Origin: Rebecca billardiae RCC1528
Taxonomy: Eukaryota > Protista > Haptophyta
NCBI GenBank assembly: GCA_965240325.2
Contig: OZ251237.1
Span: 1,302,001-1,366,000, forward strand
DNA length: 64,000 nt
Direction: 5' to 3'
Within the stretch, counting starts at the first letter, position 1, and each line of letters opens with the position of its first letter. The notes beneath the pieces are model-generated. The model worked only from the letters and a program-made list of their open reading frames with translations, made no database searches and was not told where the DNA came from. Shown one piece after another: positions 34,200 through 45,156 of this stretch. The position numbers were made by a program, and so were the translations under genes.

Positions 34200-34903
34200 A
34201 TGGTCCCGACCCCAGGCCTCCGGGTGGTGATTGGCGCCTTGATCATCAGCCATGCCGTCCTCGCCTCCCTCTCTGACCCCGTGCCCTGCACGCACCCCTT
34301 CTTCATCGCGGCGGTCGAGCCGCCCGCCATCATGATGCAGCCGGGGGCAGCCGCGCTGCACGTCGTCGGCGTGGATCACTGCGGGGACAGCGCCCTGGCC
34401 CTGCCGGCGCAGGCGCTCGTCTTCAACCGCACAGACCTCGCCGCCGACGCGCCCGCCGACGCGCCCGCGCCCTCGGCCATGCGCAGCCTACTCGTCGTGA
34501 GCACATCGCCAGCGGGGCCGTGGACGCATGGCGGCGCGCGCCTCCGCATCGCGCTGCCGGAGGGCGCCATCGGCGCGCCGGGCGAGCTGTCTGTCACGCT
34601 CACGGACGCCGCGCACCAGCGCCTCTCCGCGCCCGTCTCCGTCCGAGTGCTGCCCTCGCCCTCCGTGCGCGCCGTGCTCCCGGCCCGGCTGCCGCTGCAC
34701 GGCGGCGTCGTCCTCACCGTCCTCGGCAACGGCTTCGTGCCGAGCGCGCGCGCGAGCCTCGAGGTGGCGGTGGGCTCGGCGGCGGCGAACGTCACGGCGC
34801 GCGTGAGCGCGCGCTACGTCAACCGCACCACGCTCGTCGCCGACGCGCCGATGCTGCCGACCATCCCGGAGCTCGTGCGCGCGGGCGTCGCGACGAGCGC
34901 GCA

Positions 34904-34937
<34 letters not shown>

Positions 34938-37900
34938 CAGGAGCAGGAGGAGGGCGCGTGGCTCGAGGGCAGCGTGGGCGTGGCGCTCGACGGCGTCTCC
35001 TTCGCCGCGCGCCGCGCCCCCGTCCGCTTCCGCGCGCGCGCGCCGCTGCGCGTGCACTACATGCTCGCCGGCGCGGTCGGCGACCTCGGCTGGTCTGACA
35101 ACTGGAACCGTGCGCGCATGGCGCTCGACCGCGCGCTGCGGCAGCACACGGTCTCGGACGTGGCGGAGCGCGTGGGCGTGGGCGCGGCGGAGGTGGAGGC
35201 GCACGTCGCCGAGCGCTGCGCCGAGGGGTACGACCTCGTCGTCGCCACCGCGTACGCCTACCACGCGGGCGCGGAGGCGGCGCTGCGGCGCGCGCCCGAG
35301 TGCACCGCGCAGCCGGCAGGCGCGCGCACGCACGTCGTGCTGGCGGGCGTGACGGTGCCGCCTCCGGGCGGGCGGGAGGAGGCGGGCGGGCGGATGGCGA
35401 TGGTGTACCCGCGCGTGCACGCGCAGATGTACCTCGCCGGCGTGCTCGCCGGCGCGCACATGCGCGACGCGCTCGGCCCGCAGCTCGCAGGGTACGTAGT
35501 CGCTCACCCGCTGTCGTTCGTGTTGCTCAACGTGAACGCGTTTGCGCTCGGCTGCCGCTCGGCGAACCCGGCGTGCGAGGTGCGCGTGGTGCAGACGGGC
35601 GCGTGGCACAGGGCGTGGGCGGAGGCGATGGCGGCGACCAAGCTGTGGGTCGAGGACGGCGCGCGCGTCGTCGCGCACCACACAGACACGCTCGCCGCGC
35701 TGCGCGTCTTTGCCGAGAGCGGGCCGCGGCCGTGCGCGCGCGCCAAGCCGCGGCCCGCCTACTGCGCGCGCGAGGCCGAGGTGGCCGCGGCGGCGGCGCG
35801 CGGCGAGGCCGACCACGGCGCGAGCATCGGGCTCAACATGGACGGGCGCACGCTCGTGGGCGAGAGCGTGCTCATCTCCGCCACGATGAACTGGGCGCCA
35901 GCGCTTGAGCTCTTCGCGCGCCGAATACTCGGAGGCCGCTGGGTGCGCGGCGCGAGGCATTGGGTGGGCAGCGGGGGCGGCGCCGAGGGCGGCGCCGAGG
36001 GCGGCGCCGAGGGCGACGGGCGCGGCCCCGACGGGAGCGCCGGCTGGAGCACGCTCGACTCGCTGCAGGCGCTCTCGGACACGTCGGCGCGCGTGTCGGA
36101 TGGGGCGCTCGCCGCGCTCGAGGCCGCGCGGCGCGAGCTCGAGGCGAGCGGCGACCGGATCTTCTGCGGCCGGCTGCGGCTGGCGAACGGCACGCGGATC
36201 AGGCCCGGGCCTCTGTGCACGCCGATGGCGTCCGCCGACGCCGACGCCGCCGACGCCGCCGACGGGCTGGCCGAGGGCTCGCGCGCGCACGCCGACGTCG
36301 GCGCGTGCGAGCCGGACGGTGCCGACGACGCGCGCTCGGACGAGCGGCCATGCTGCCTCACAGACCTCGCGCTGCTGTCGATGGACTGGCTCGTCGAGGG
36401 CGCGCGGCCCGCGGCGGGCGCGGCGGAGGCGGCGCGGCGCACCGCCGAGGACTGCAGGCGCGCGGGCCGGGCCGGCGTGGACTGCGACGCGCCGCTCACG
36501 CCGGGGCGGTGGGGCGTGTGGGCGCCTCGAGAGGACGACGACGCTTTGCGCGCCGCGCGCGCGCACGCCGGCGCTCAGCCGGAGGAGGGCGCGCTGATCG
36601 GGCTGCCCCTCGAGCGCTGGGCGTTCACGCCCCCGGCCGAGCAGGACGTGGACTGCCCGCCCGGCCAGGAGAAGTGGCGGCCGCAGGGCCCGGAGGGCGG
36701 CGCGCATTGCCGCCCGCTCTGCGACTGGGGCCTGTACGAGGCCGGCAAGTGCGAAGGGACGTTTGCTGGGCTGCTCGAGTCGCACGCGCGGCTGCGCTGG
36801 TGGCTGCGCACGCTGGGCTCGGTGTGCGCGCTCGGGCTCGTGTGCCTCGGCGCGTTCGTCCTCCTCCGACGGCTGCAGCGCGCGCACTCGGACGAGATGC
36901 AGCGCCGCCAGTGGCTCGCCGACGCGGTGCAGGCGTCACTGACCGCTCGCGCGCGGCTGCAGTACCCATTGCATGTCGTCTCGCTCGTCGACTTCGCCAC
37001 GTTCGGCGCGCTGCTCCCGTTCGAGGCGGTGCGGCAGCGAGGCGCGCACGAGGTGTACGACACGGTCGCGGCCGCGTGCGAGCGGCTCGAGTCAGTCCGG
37101 CTCATCTTCCTCTCGCACCAGGTGGGCGGCGCGCGGGGGCGCGCGCGCCGTGCGGGGGCGCGCGCGCCGCGCGGGGGCGCGTGCGCCGCGCGCGTGGTGT
37201 GGGCGTGCGCGTGGTGCGCGCGGTTGTGCGCGCGGCGGGGATGGGGCGTGTGAGCTTGCGGGCGCGCGCGCGTGCGCGTGCGCGGTGGGCGCGTGGGCGG
37301 GCGAGCGCGCGCGGCCGGCCGGGCGCGCTCGCCCCTCGCGCGGCGCGGCGCAGGGAGGCCTGCTGGCGTCGTTGGCGCCCGCCCAGGCTGCCTCGCCGCC
37401 GGCGACGGCGCGCGCGCGCGCCGACCGCGCGCGCTCCCCGCCAACGCACCGCACCGCCTCCTGCGCGCGCTCCGCGCGCGCGCAGTGGCTGGGGTACGAG
37501 GAGCCGGACCCGGACGGCCTGCACTACACGCTGATGGTGACGACGGCGCGCGCGATCGCCGCCGCCAACGGCTGGGCCGAGGGCGACGTGCTTGTGTGGT
37601 GTGACTACTGCTGCGTGCCGCAGGCGCACCCGACGCTGCAGGCGCTCGCGATCGAGTCGTTGGCTTTTTATGCGAGCCTCGCGCACGCGATGGTGGCGGT
37701 GACGCCGCCCGCGGCGCACACCGACACCGGGCAGAGCTGCGGCCGCGCGAGCTACGCGAGCCGGCTGTGGTGCCGAGCCGAGCAGCTGTGCTTTGTGCTT
37801 GCCAACGGCTCCACCCAGCTGTACGTCGCGCCGTCGGCGAGCGGCTCGGCCGCGCCGGAGCACGCGGACGAGCACTGGCTGGATGACGCGCTGCTCGTCT

Positions 37901-40211
37901 TCGAAGGGCACGCGACGTGCTGCGAGCTGCGCCACGCCGGGCGCGGGCACTGCGACAAGGAGAGCCTGGTGCGCCCGATCCTCGGGCTGTACGGCGAGCT
38001 GTTCATTGCTCACCTCGAGCAGCAGGCTGAGGCGGCGGCGGGCGGCGCGGCCGAGGGGAGCTCCGCAGAGGACTCGGATCACGGCGCGCGATCCAACCGC
38101 CGCGCGAGCGAGATCGCGCCCCTGGCCGAGGAGGTCAGGCGGTTGGCGGCGGGCGCGAGCAAGCGCGACTCTCTGAAAGAGCAGGGCAAGCGCGCGAGCG
38201 GGGGCGGCGGCGGCGCGAGCGCCGGCGGCCTCCGCCCCGCGGCCGAGGCGGCGGCGGCGGGCGGCGCAGCCGACGCAGCAGAGGCACACGGCAGCAACTC
38301 GACGCGCGCGCTCGCGCGCAGCTGCGGCCTCGGCACGCTCCGCCCGTCGTTCTCGTCGCCCGTCTCGCCGTCGGCGCCGCCGCGGCCCGCGGCCGAGGGC
38401 GAGGGCGCGCCGGACCCAAATGCCGGCACAGCCAGCGACGCGGGCGCACTGGACAGCGCGCTGGCGCAGCACGCGGAGGAGGAGGAGGAGGAGGAGGAGG
38501 CGGAGGAGGCGGAGGCGGCGGCGGGAGGAGGCCTCGCTGCCATCAGCCCGGTGGCCGAGGAAGAGCAGCGCGCAGAACCGCCGCCACCACCGCAGCAGCA
38601 GCACGAGGGCCGTGCCAAGTTCTCCGGCGCGCCGTTGGCTGCGGCGGCGACGCTGGCAGCGGCGAGTGCACACCGTCGGCGCGCGCCCAAGTCTCCACGC
38701 GCGAGATCGCTCGATGTCGCCCTCGGCTCCGTCGGCGACGAGTGCGGCGGGCGAGAGTCGCCGACGCCGTGCAGCCGGTGTGACACATCGGCGTGCGCCT
38801 CCGCCCTCGCCTCCGCCCTCCACTCGCACGGCAGCAGCGAGCGCAGCTCAGGGTGCAGCACGCCCTCGTGCGTCGCGAGAAGCCACGACCCTGCGCTCGC
38901 GCCGCCGCCCGCCAACTCGCCGGCCGCCTCGTCGCGAGGCTACCCGGCGCGCGCGGCGATGTCGCGGCAGGGCTCGACACCGATCGCCGCCTCGCCGCTC
39001 CGCGGCTCGCGCTCGAGCTCGCTGTCGTGCGCAGCCGGCTCGGTCGATGCGCAGGGGCTGCGCAGCCGCGTGGACGGCAGCGGCCGCCTCGAGAGCAACG
39101 GGCGCTCGGTCACGCTCTCGAGCTTCCGCTCAGCGCGGACGGCGGAGCGCACGCGCAGGACCAACATGCGCGAGATGCGCCGACGGCTGGTGCGCGCGCG
39201 GCTCGTGCGCGCCGCCTCCCGCGCGTCGTCTCTCTCTCTCTCTCGCGCGCGCGCGCCGCGCGGCCACGCTCACGCGCTCCTCGCGCCCGCCCGCCCCCGC
39301 CGACGGCGCGTGTGCAGCTGGAGAGCAACGAGCAGGAGCGCGCGCGGATGTTTCCGCGAAGCTTCTCCTTCGTCCAGACGGACGGCACCGCGACCGAGCG
39401 CGACCTCTTTGGCGACCTGCTCGCCGAGATGGAGAAGCTCTGCCTGCGCGTGCACCTCGAGTGCCTCGAGGAGGCGGCGGCGGCGAGCGCGGCGGAGGCG
39501 GCGGAGGCGGCGGCTGCCGAGCAGGCGGCCGCGGCGGCGGCGCGCGCGGACACTGCGGAGGGGGCCAACGCCGCCGCGCCGCCCGCGCCGCCCGTGCGGG
39601 CGGATTCGGATTCGGACTCGGACTCGGACTCGGAGGCGGAGGCGGCGGAGGAAGCGACCACACACCTGCTGCTGCCCACGGAGAGGATGACGTCGCCAGG
39701 CCTGAGCTTGAGGGCCCCGCGGAGCCCCGTGCTCCCCACCGCGCCCGCACCCTCGCCCGCTGCCCTTCGGAGGCACGACCCCGACCAGATGGCTCGCCGC
39801 CACTCGCTGCAGCGCGCCAACACGTCGCCCACGACGGGCGCCCAGGTCGAGCGGCTGCTGAGGATGTCCGTGCACCCGCACGACATCGGGCAGCGCCGGC
39901 CGGTCCTCAGCCCGTCGAAGCACACGCCCCCCGGCGCTCGCAGCAAGATGCGCATCCTGCGGGGGGCGCGCGCGTCCGTCGCAGCCTTCACGAGCTGCAA
40001 GTCAACAGTGACCGCGACGGAGGTTGAGACGATGCGCCAGCGCCTCGGCGCGCTCCGCTCTCCCGATGTGCCGTCGCCGCCCGCCTGGCACGGACGGAGT
40101 CGGACGGCCACAGACGGGGAGACGTCCGACGGGCGGCCGGCCACGGATGGAGTCGGACGGCTCCCGCCCCGCTGGAAGCCGAACAAGAATACAGCGGCGC
40201 GCACGCCTTGA
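34200..40211 (+). CDS. Predicted single-pass receptor: signal peptide - IPT/TIG - BMP/PnrA-type ligand-binding domain - TM - HET/TIR-like domain - low-complexity tail; introns 37122-37485 and 39190-39317
   Basis: Three exons joined by GT-AG introns give 1839 aa. BMP-like motifs GDLGW, GYDLVVAT, YLAGVLAG, NVNAFALG..ANP, LLSMDWLVEG. HET-like motifs FLSHQ|W, WCDYCCVPQ, SRLWCRAE. Confidence 0.78.
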
Positions 40212-40705
40212 ACAACTGCGCTTAAGGCTTGATGACGATGACGACGGTGATGATTCGCAGGCGGCTGACTACGCGATGCCTGATCGATTGTTTATTTGGC
40301 GCCGTCCGACGGCTCTGCATGTCCGCACAGTTCAGTGATTCGCGGTTCAGAGTAGGGCCGTGAGGCGTGACCTCACGCCGGCGGACCGCGCGGACCGCCG
40401 CGCGGCCCGGCCACCGGCACCGGCGCGGGCCGGAGTGCCGCGGCACCGGGCCGCGCCTGGGCTCAGGTCATAAGACAGGTGCGGTGGCTGGCACATGACG
40501 AATGTGATTATGATCGACTATATGAGTCTCGCGCTGGATCACTATTAACTATTTCACTCCCTGGTGGGCGGCCACTGGCCAGGCCCGCGGCCGCGCTCGG
40601 CGCACGAGACCGGTCCGTCACAAGTCCGGGCCCGCACCGGACCGCGGCGCCCGGCCTGTCAGAGAGAGGGAGGAGCCCGAGCGACCGACGACGACCGTCG
40701 ACCAG

Positions 40706-40797
40706 TTCTATGATTGAACGACACAGGTAGGACGGCGCAGGTCTCCTGATTCGTCATCGGCGGCGCAGTGCCCGATCGTCGACAAGACGTCGGCGTG
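40706..40797 (+). repeat. Dispersed ~90-bp repeat, copy 1 (copy 2 at 62904-62997)
   Basis: Shared TTCTATGATTxAACGACACAxGTAGGACGxCGCxGGTCTCCTGATTCGTC..GCAGTGCCCGATCGTCGACA. Confidence 0.75.
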
Positions 40798-41093
40798 TTC
40801 AAGGGTGACTGGGTGTGAGAGCCGCCTGCACAGCGATGAATGGCGACCGTTTGTAAAATCGTCACTGGAGTACCCCCATAATGTATGTATGCGGGTATTC
40901 ACCAGATTGGGGCGCGACAGATCTCAGTCATCTGACTGCGGACTTGTTTACCCAGCTGACCCGCATATTCCGATATCCGAGGCCGTGGACCAATCGGCAG
41001 TCTCGGGCCTATTTACAGCTTGGTTGGGTACTTGGGTTGGGCGGCGTCTTCGGCGCCTCGTCCCCGGCCGATCGAACGGCCGCCGTCGTCGAG

Positions 41094-44000
41094 ATGCTGC
41101 CGGCGGTCCGCGCGGCGGCGGCGCGCGCGTCGGCGCCGGTTCTCGGCGCGCTCCCCGTCGTGGGCGTGTGCGCAGCTCGCGTGCTCCCGCTGGCTCTCCG
41201 CGGCCGCGCCTTCTCGAGCTCGAGCGGCTCGGCGCCGCGCGCGCTTGTCCTGAACGCCGGCTCCTCATCGATCAAGTACGGCCTCTTCACCATCGACGCG
41301 GGCGCGAGCGGCGGCGCGACGGCGGTGTGCTCGGGGCTGGTGGAGAAGATCGGCCTGCAGGGCGGCCTCATCACGCACAAGACGGCCGACGGCGCCAAGA
41401 CCACGATGCAGGGCGACCTCGTCGACCACTCGAGCGCGCTCACCAAGGTGGTCGAGATCCTCACGGGCGCCGGCGGGCCGATCGCGGACGTGAAGGAGAT
41501 CGGCGTGGTGGGGCACCGCGTGGTGCACGGCGGGATGACGCTCACCGCGCCCGCTGTCCTCGACGACAAGGTCGAGGCGGAGATCGAGCGCTGCGTCCCG
41601 CTCGCGCCGCTGCACAACCCGGCGAACCTGAACGCGATCCGCGTCGCGCGCTCCATCTTCCCGGCGCCGCACGTGGCGATCTTCGACACGGCGTTCCACG
41701 CGGACATGCCGCCCGAGTCGTACACGTACGCGCTGCCGCGCGAGCTCAAGGAGCACCACGGCGTGCGCCGCTACGGCTTCCACGGCACGTCGTACATCTA
41801 CGTGCTCGGCAAGGCGGCCGAGCAGCTCGGCGTGCCCAAGGAGTCGCTCAACGCGATCATCTGCCACCTGGGCAACGGCGCGAGCATGGCGGTGGTGAAG
41901 AACGGCAAGTGCCTGGACACGACGATGGGGCTCACGCCGCTCGAGGGCCTCGTGATGGGCACGCGCGCGGGCGACGTCGACGGCGGCGTCCTCTCGTTCA
42001 TGGCGGGCCACCTCGGCTGGGACGCGCACAAGATTGACACGGTGCTCAACAAGCAGTCCGGGCTGCTCGGGCTGTGCGGCACGTCGGACTTCCGCTCGGT
42101 GCTGGCCGCGTGCGAGGCGGGCGACGAGCACGCCATGCTCGCCAAGCAGGTCTTCGTGCAGCGCATCCGCAAGTACGTCGGCGCGTACATGGTCAAGCTG
42201 GGCGGGCAGGTCGACGCGCTCGTCTTCACCGGCGGGATTGGCGAGAACTCGGCCGAGCTGCGCGCCGAGGTGTGCGACGGGCTCGCCTCGTTCGGCATCG
42301 CGCTGGACGCGTCGAAGAACGCGCGCGCGCTGCCCGAGGTGCAGACGAGCTACGCGAGCGTGCGCGCGCTCGTGATCCCGACCAACGAGGAGCTCAGCAT
42401 CGCGCTCCAGTCGGCGGAGGCGGTGAGCTTGGTCGAGCCGGCGCGCGCCAAGGGCGGCGCGCGCGGCGCGGCCGACGGCGGCGCGGACGCGCAGAAGAAG
42501 CACAAGATCGTGCGGCGCGCGTCGTTCGACCCGTCGCTGGTGAAGCGGCCCGGACCGACGGCGCCGTCGAGCCCGCGGCAGGACGACCTCGCGCTGCAGG
42601 CCGCGGCCGACGCGGCGCAGGCGCAGATGGCCGACTCGCCCGCCGTCGAGCCGCTCGGGCATGCGCTGTTTGTGGAGGCGGAGGGCGCGTCCGGCCTGCT
42701 CGAGGCGGCGCTCCTCGCGTCGGTGCGGCCGCGCGTGACGAAGCTCGGGTACTTCCAGCTGCTCTCGTACGGCCACGGCCACGACCGCAAGCTCGAGTAC
42801 CTCCGCTCGATCGACAAGCTCGGCCTCGCCGCCGATCCGGCGGACGCGATGGTCGGGATGACGTTTGACGAGGCGATGCACTTGTACGCGTCCTCGGACG
42901 GCCGCTCCGACGAGATCTTCGACAAGATCATCGACAAGTTCGAGGCGTACGCGAAGGGGCGCGACTTCGTGATGGTCTCGGGCGCGCGCGTCCCCGCGCG
43001 CTCCACCTCCGTCGGCGACGCGCCCGGCTCCTTCGCCTTCTACTCCTCGCTCGCGAGCGCGCTCGACATCCCTGTGCTCGTCGTGCAGGACGCGGCGCAG
43101 GGGCGGCCGGCGACGACCAACCTCTCGCGCACCGCGCTCGACGGGGAGCCGGTGGAGACGGAGCGGCTGATGGCGCACCTCACCGCGATCAAGGCGGGGT
43201 GCGAGGCCGCCTCCGTCCGCCTCGCCGGCGCGATCATGACCGGCGTGCCCACCGCCAACTACCCGAGCGTCGCGGCGGAGCTGCGCGGCGCGATGGCGGA
43301 GCACGGCATCTTCCCGGTCGCGCTGCTGCCGCTGGAGGCGCGCGTGAACCAGATCACGATGTCCGACGTCGCCGCGGCGCTGGACGCGAAGGTGCTGTAC
43401 GGCGAGCGGAACCTGGACTCGCAGGTCGTGCGCAACGTCGAGGTCGGCACGAAGCAGGTGCCGCAGCTCCTCGGCGCGCTGCAGGAGAAGCCGGGCTCGC
43501 TGACGATCACGTCGGCGACGCGCTCCGAGGTGCTCATGTCGATGCTGCTCGCGACCCAGTCGCGCAACGTGCCGCTGCACCCGGGGATCCTGCTCACCGG
43601 CGCGAAGGAGCTGCCGGAGGTGGTGTCGCAGGTGCTCTCCGGGCTCGACGTCGTGGGCAAGCCCGTGCTGCTCACCGAGAAGACCGCGTACCAGTCGGCG
43701 ATCGCGCTGGACAAGCTGCTGAGCGCAGCGCACGCGCTCGCCAACACGCCGTCGCTCACCAGCCACCGCTCCGCCGCCAAGCTCGAGGCCGCCGAGTCGC
43801 TGCTCGAGATCCACATGGACAAGAAGTTCGAGGCGGCGATGGTGCAGGACAACCCGGCGCCGGACGTCACGCCCATCATCTTCAAGCACACCATGTTCTC
43901 CGCCGCGCGCGTCAACAGGCAGCACATCGTGCTGCCTGAGGGGAACGACGTGCGCGTGCTCACCGCCGCGGGCGAGCTGCTCTCGCGCGGCCTCTGCGAG

Positions 44001-44915
44001 ATCACGCTGCTCGGCAACGAGGACCAGGTGCTCTCGCTCGCGGAGAAGGCGCACGTCGACCTGAGCCGCGCGGCCATCATCAACCCGAAGCGCGCGCTGC
44101 TCGACGAGCCCACCGAGTGGGCCGAGGCGTTGGTTCAGGGCATGCACGACGCGCGCAAGGCCAAGGGCATGACGGAGCCCGAGGCGCGCTCGTTGCTCAT
44201 GCACGACGAGGCCTACTTTGGCACGATGATGATGATGAACGGGCTCGCGGACGGGATGGTGAGCGGCGCGTGCCACTCGACGGCGAACACGATGCGCCCC
44301 GCGCTGCAGCTCATCAAGATGGCCCAGGGCTACTCGATGGTCTCCTCCGTCTTCTTCATGCTGCTGCGCGACCGAGTGTTCGTGTACGGCGACTGCGCCA
44401 TCAACGTCGACCCGAGCGCAGAGGAGCTCGCCGAGATCGCGCTCGCGAGCGCGGGCACCGCGCGCGCGTTCGGCATCACGCCGCGCATCGCGATGCTCAG
44501 CTACGCCACCGGCGACTCGAACCAGGGGCCGATGATCGACAAGGTGCGCAAGGCGACCGAGCTCGCGCGCGAGCGCGCGCCGGCCGAGCTGATCGAGGGG
44601 CCGATCCAGTTTGACGCGGCGGTCGACCCGGCGGTCGCCGCGGTCAAGTTCAAGGGGCAGGACTCGCCCGTCGCGGGGAAGGCGACGGTGTGCATCTTCC
44701 CCGACCTGAACGCGGGCAACAACGCGTACAAGGCCGTGCAGCAGGCGTCCAAGGCGAGCGCGGTCGGCCCGATCATGCAGGGCCTGCGCCTGCCGGTGAA
44801 CGACCTCTCCCGCGGCTGCACCGTCGACGACATCGTCAACACCGTCGTCTGCACCGCGCTGCAGTCGATCGCCGCGAAGGAGGCGGCCGCGCGCGGCGGC
44901 GGCGGCAGCAAATGA
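41094..44915 (+). CDS. ackA-pta: Acetate kinase - phosphate acetyltransferase fusion with mitochondrial-type presequence
   Basis: AckA: NAGSSSIKY, GHRVVHGG, PLHNPAN, FDTAFH, YGFHGTS, HLGNGAS, FTGGIGEN, PTNEE. Pta: IVLPEG, EGPIQFDAA, FPDLNAGNNAYK, QGLRLPVNDLSRG. Single uninterrupted ORF. Confidence 0.95.
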   Translation: MLPAVRAAAARASAPVLGALPVVGVCAARVLPLALRGRAFSSSSGSAPRALVLNAGSSSIKYGLFTIDAGASGGATAVCSGLVEKIGLQGGLITHKTADGAKTTMQGDLVDHSSALTKVVEILTGAGGPIADVKEIGVVGHRVVHGGMTLTAPAVLDDKVEAEIERCVPLAPLHNPANLNAIRVARSIFPAPHVAIFDTAFHADMPPESYTYALPRELKEHHGVRRYGFHGTSYIYVLGKAAEQLGVPKESLNAIICHLGNGASMAVVKNGKCLDTTMGLTPLEGLVMGTRAGDVDGGVLSFMAGHLGWDAHKIDTVLNKQSGLLGLCGTSDFRSVLAACEAGDEHAMLAKQVFVQRIRKYVGAYMVKLGGQVDALVFTGGIGENSAELRAEVCDGLASFGIALDASKNARALPEVQTSYASVRALVIPTNEELSIALQSAEAVSLVEPARAKGGARGAADGGADAQKKHKIVRRASFDPSLVKRPGPTAPSSPRQDDLALQAAADAAQAQMADSPAVEPLGHALFVEAEGASGLLEAALLASVRPRVTKLGYFQLLSYGHGHDRKLEYLRSIDKLGLAADPADAMVGMTFDEAMHLYASSDGRSDEIFDKIIDKFEAYAKGRDFVMVSGARVPARSTSVGDAPGSFAFYSSLASALDIPVLVVQDAAQGRPATTNLSRTALDGEPVETERLMAHLTAIKAGCEAASVRLAGAIMTGVPTANYPSVAAELRGAMAEHGIFPVALLPLEARVNQITMSDVAAALDAKVLYGERNLDSQVVRNVEVGTKQVPQLLGALQEKPGSLTITSATRSEVLMSMLLATQSRNVPLHPGILLTGAKELPEVVSQVLSGLDVVGKPVLLTEKTAYQSAIALDKLLSAAHALANTPSLTSHRSAAKLEAAESLLEIHMDKKFEAAMVQDNPAPDVTPIIFKHTMFSAARVNRQHIVLPEGNDVRVLTAAGELLSRGLCEITLLGNEDQVLSLAEKAHVDLSRAAIINPKRALLDEPTEWAEALVQGMHDARKAKGMTEPEARSLLMHDEAYFGTMMMMNGLADGMVSGACHSTANTMRPALQLIKMAQGYSMVSSVFFMLLRDRVFVYGDCAINVDPSAEELAEIALASAGTARAFGITPRIAMLSYATGDSNQGPMIDKVRKATELARERAPAELIEGPIQFDAAVDPAVAAVKFKGQDSPVAGKATVCIFPDLNAGNNAYKAVQQASKASAVGPIMQGLRLPVNDLSRGCTVDDIVNTVVCTALQSIAAKEAAARGGGGSK

Positions 44916-45156
44916 GCGCTCGCCGAGTGCGGGCGCGCGCCGTGATTGATTGCTGTCGTGGCACGTGGCTCGCTCGGGGACGGGTGCCGCGGGTGGTTGG
45001 CCCGCGGGGGAAGCCATACATTTACCATGTACGTACTGTCGTAGTAGAAGTACTGTACCGATACTGTTTCAAGCTGCTGCTACATACTTTACTTGATGTC
45101 GTGCGCAGTGGCACCGGCGAGACTGCGCCGAGTGAGAGGACTCGAATAAACTCTAG

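Noticed and set aside
41265-45017. 1250-aa antisense ORF and many other long overlapping ORFs (e.g. 12887-15265, 34488-36887, 52573-54888)
   Set aside because: Shadow frames of very GC-rich genes; Arg/Ala-rich with no motifs.
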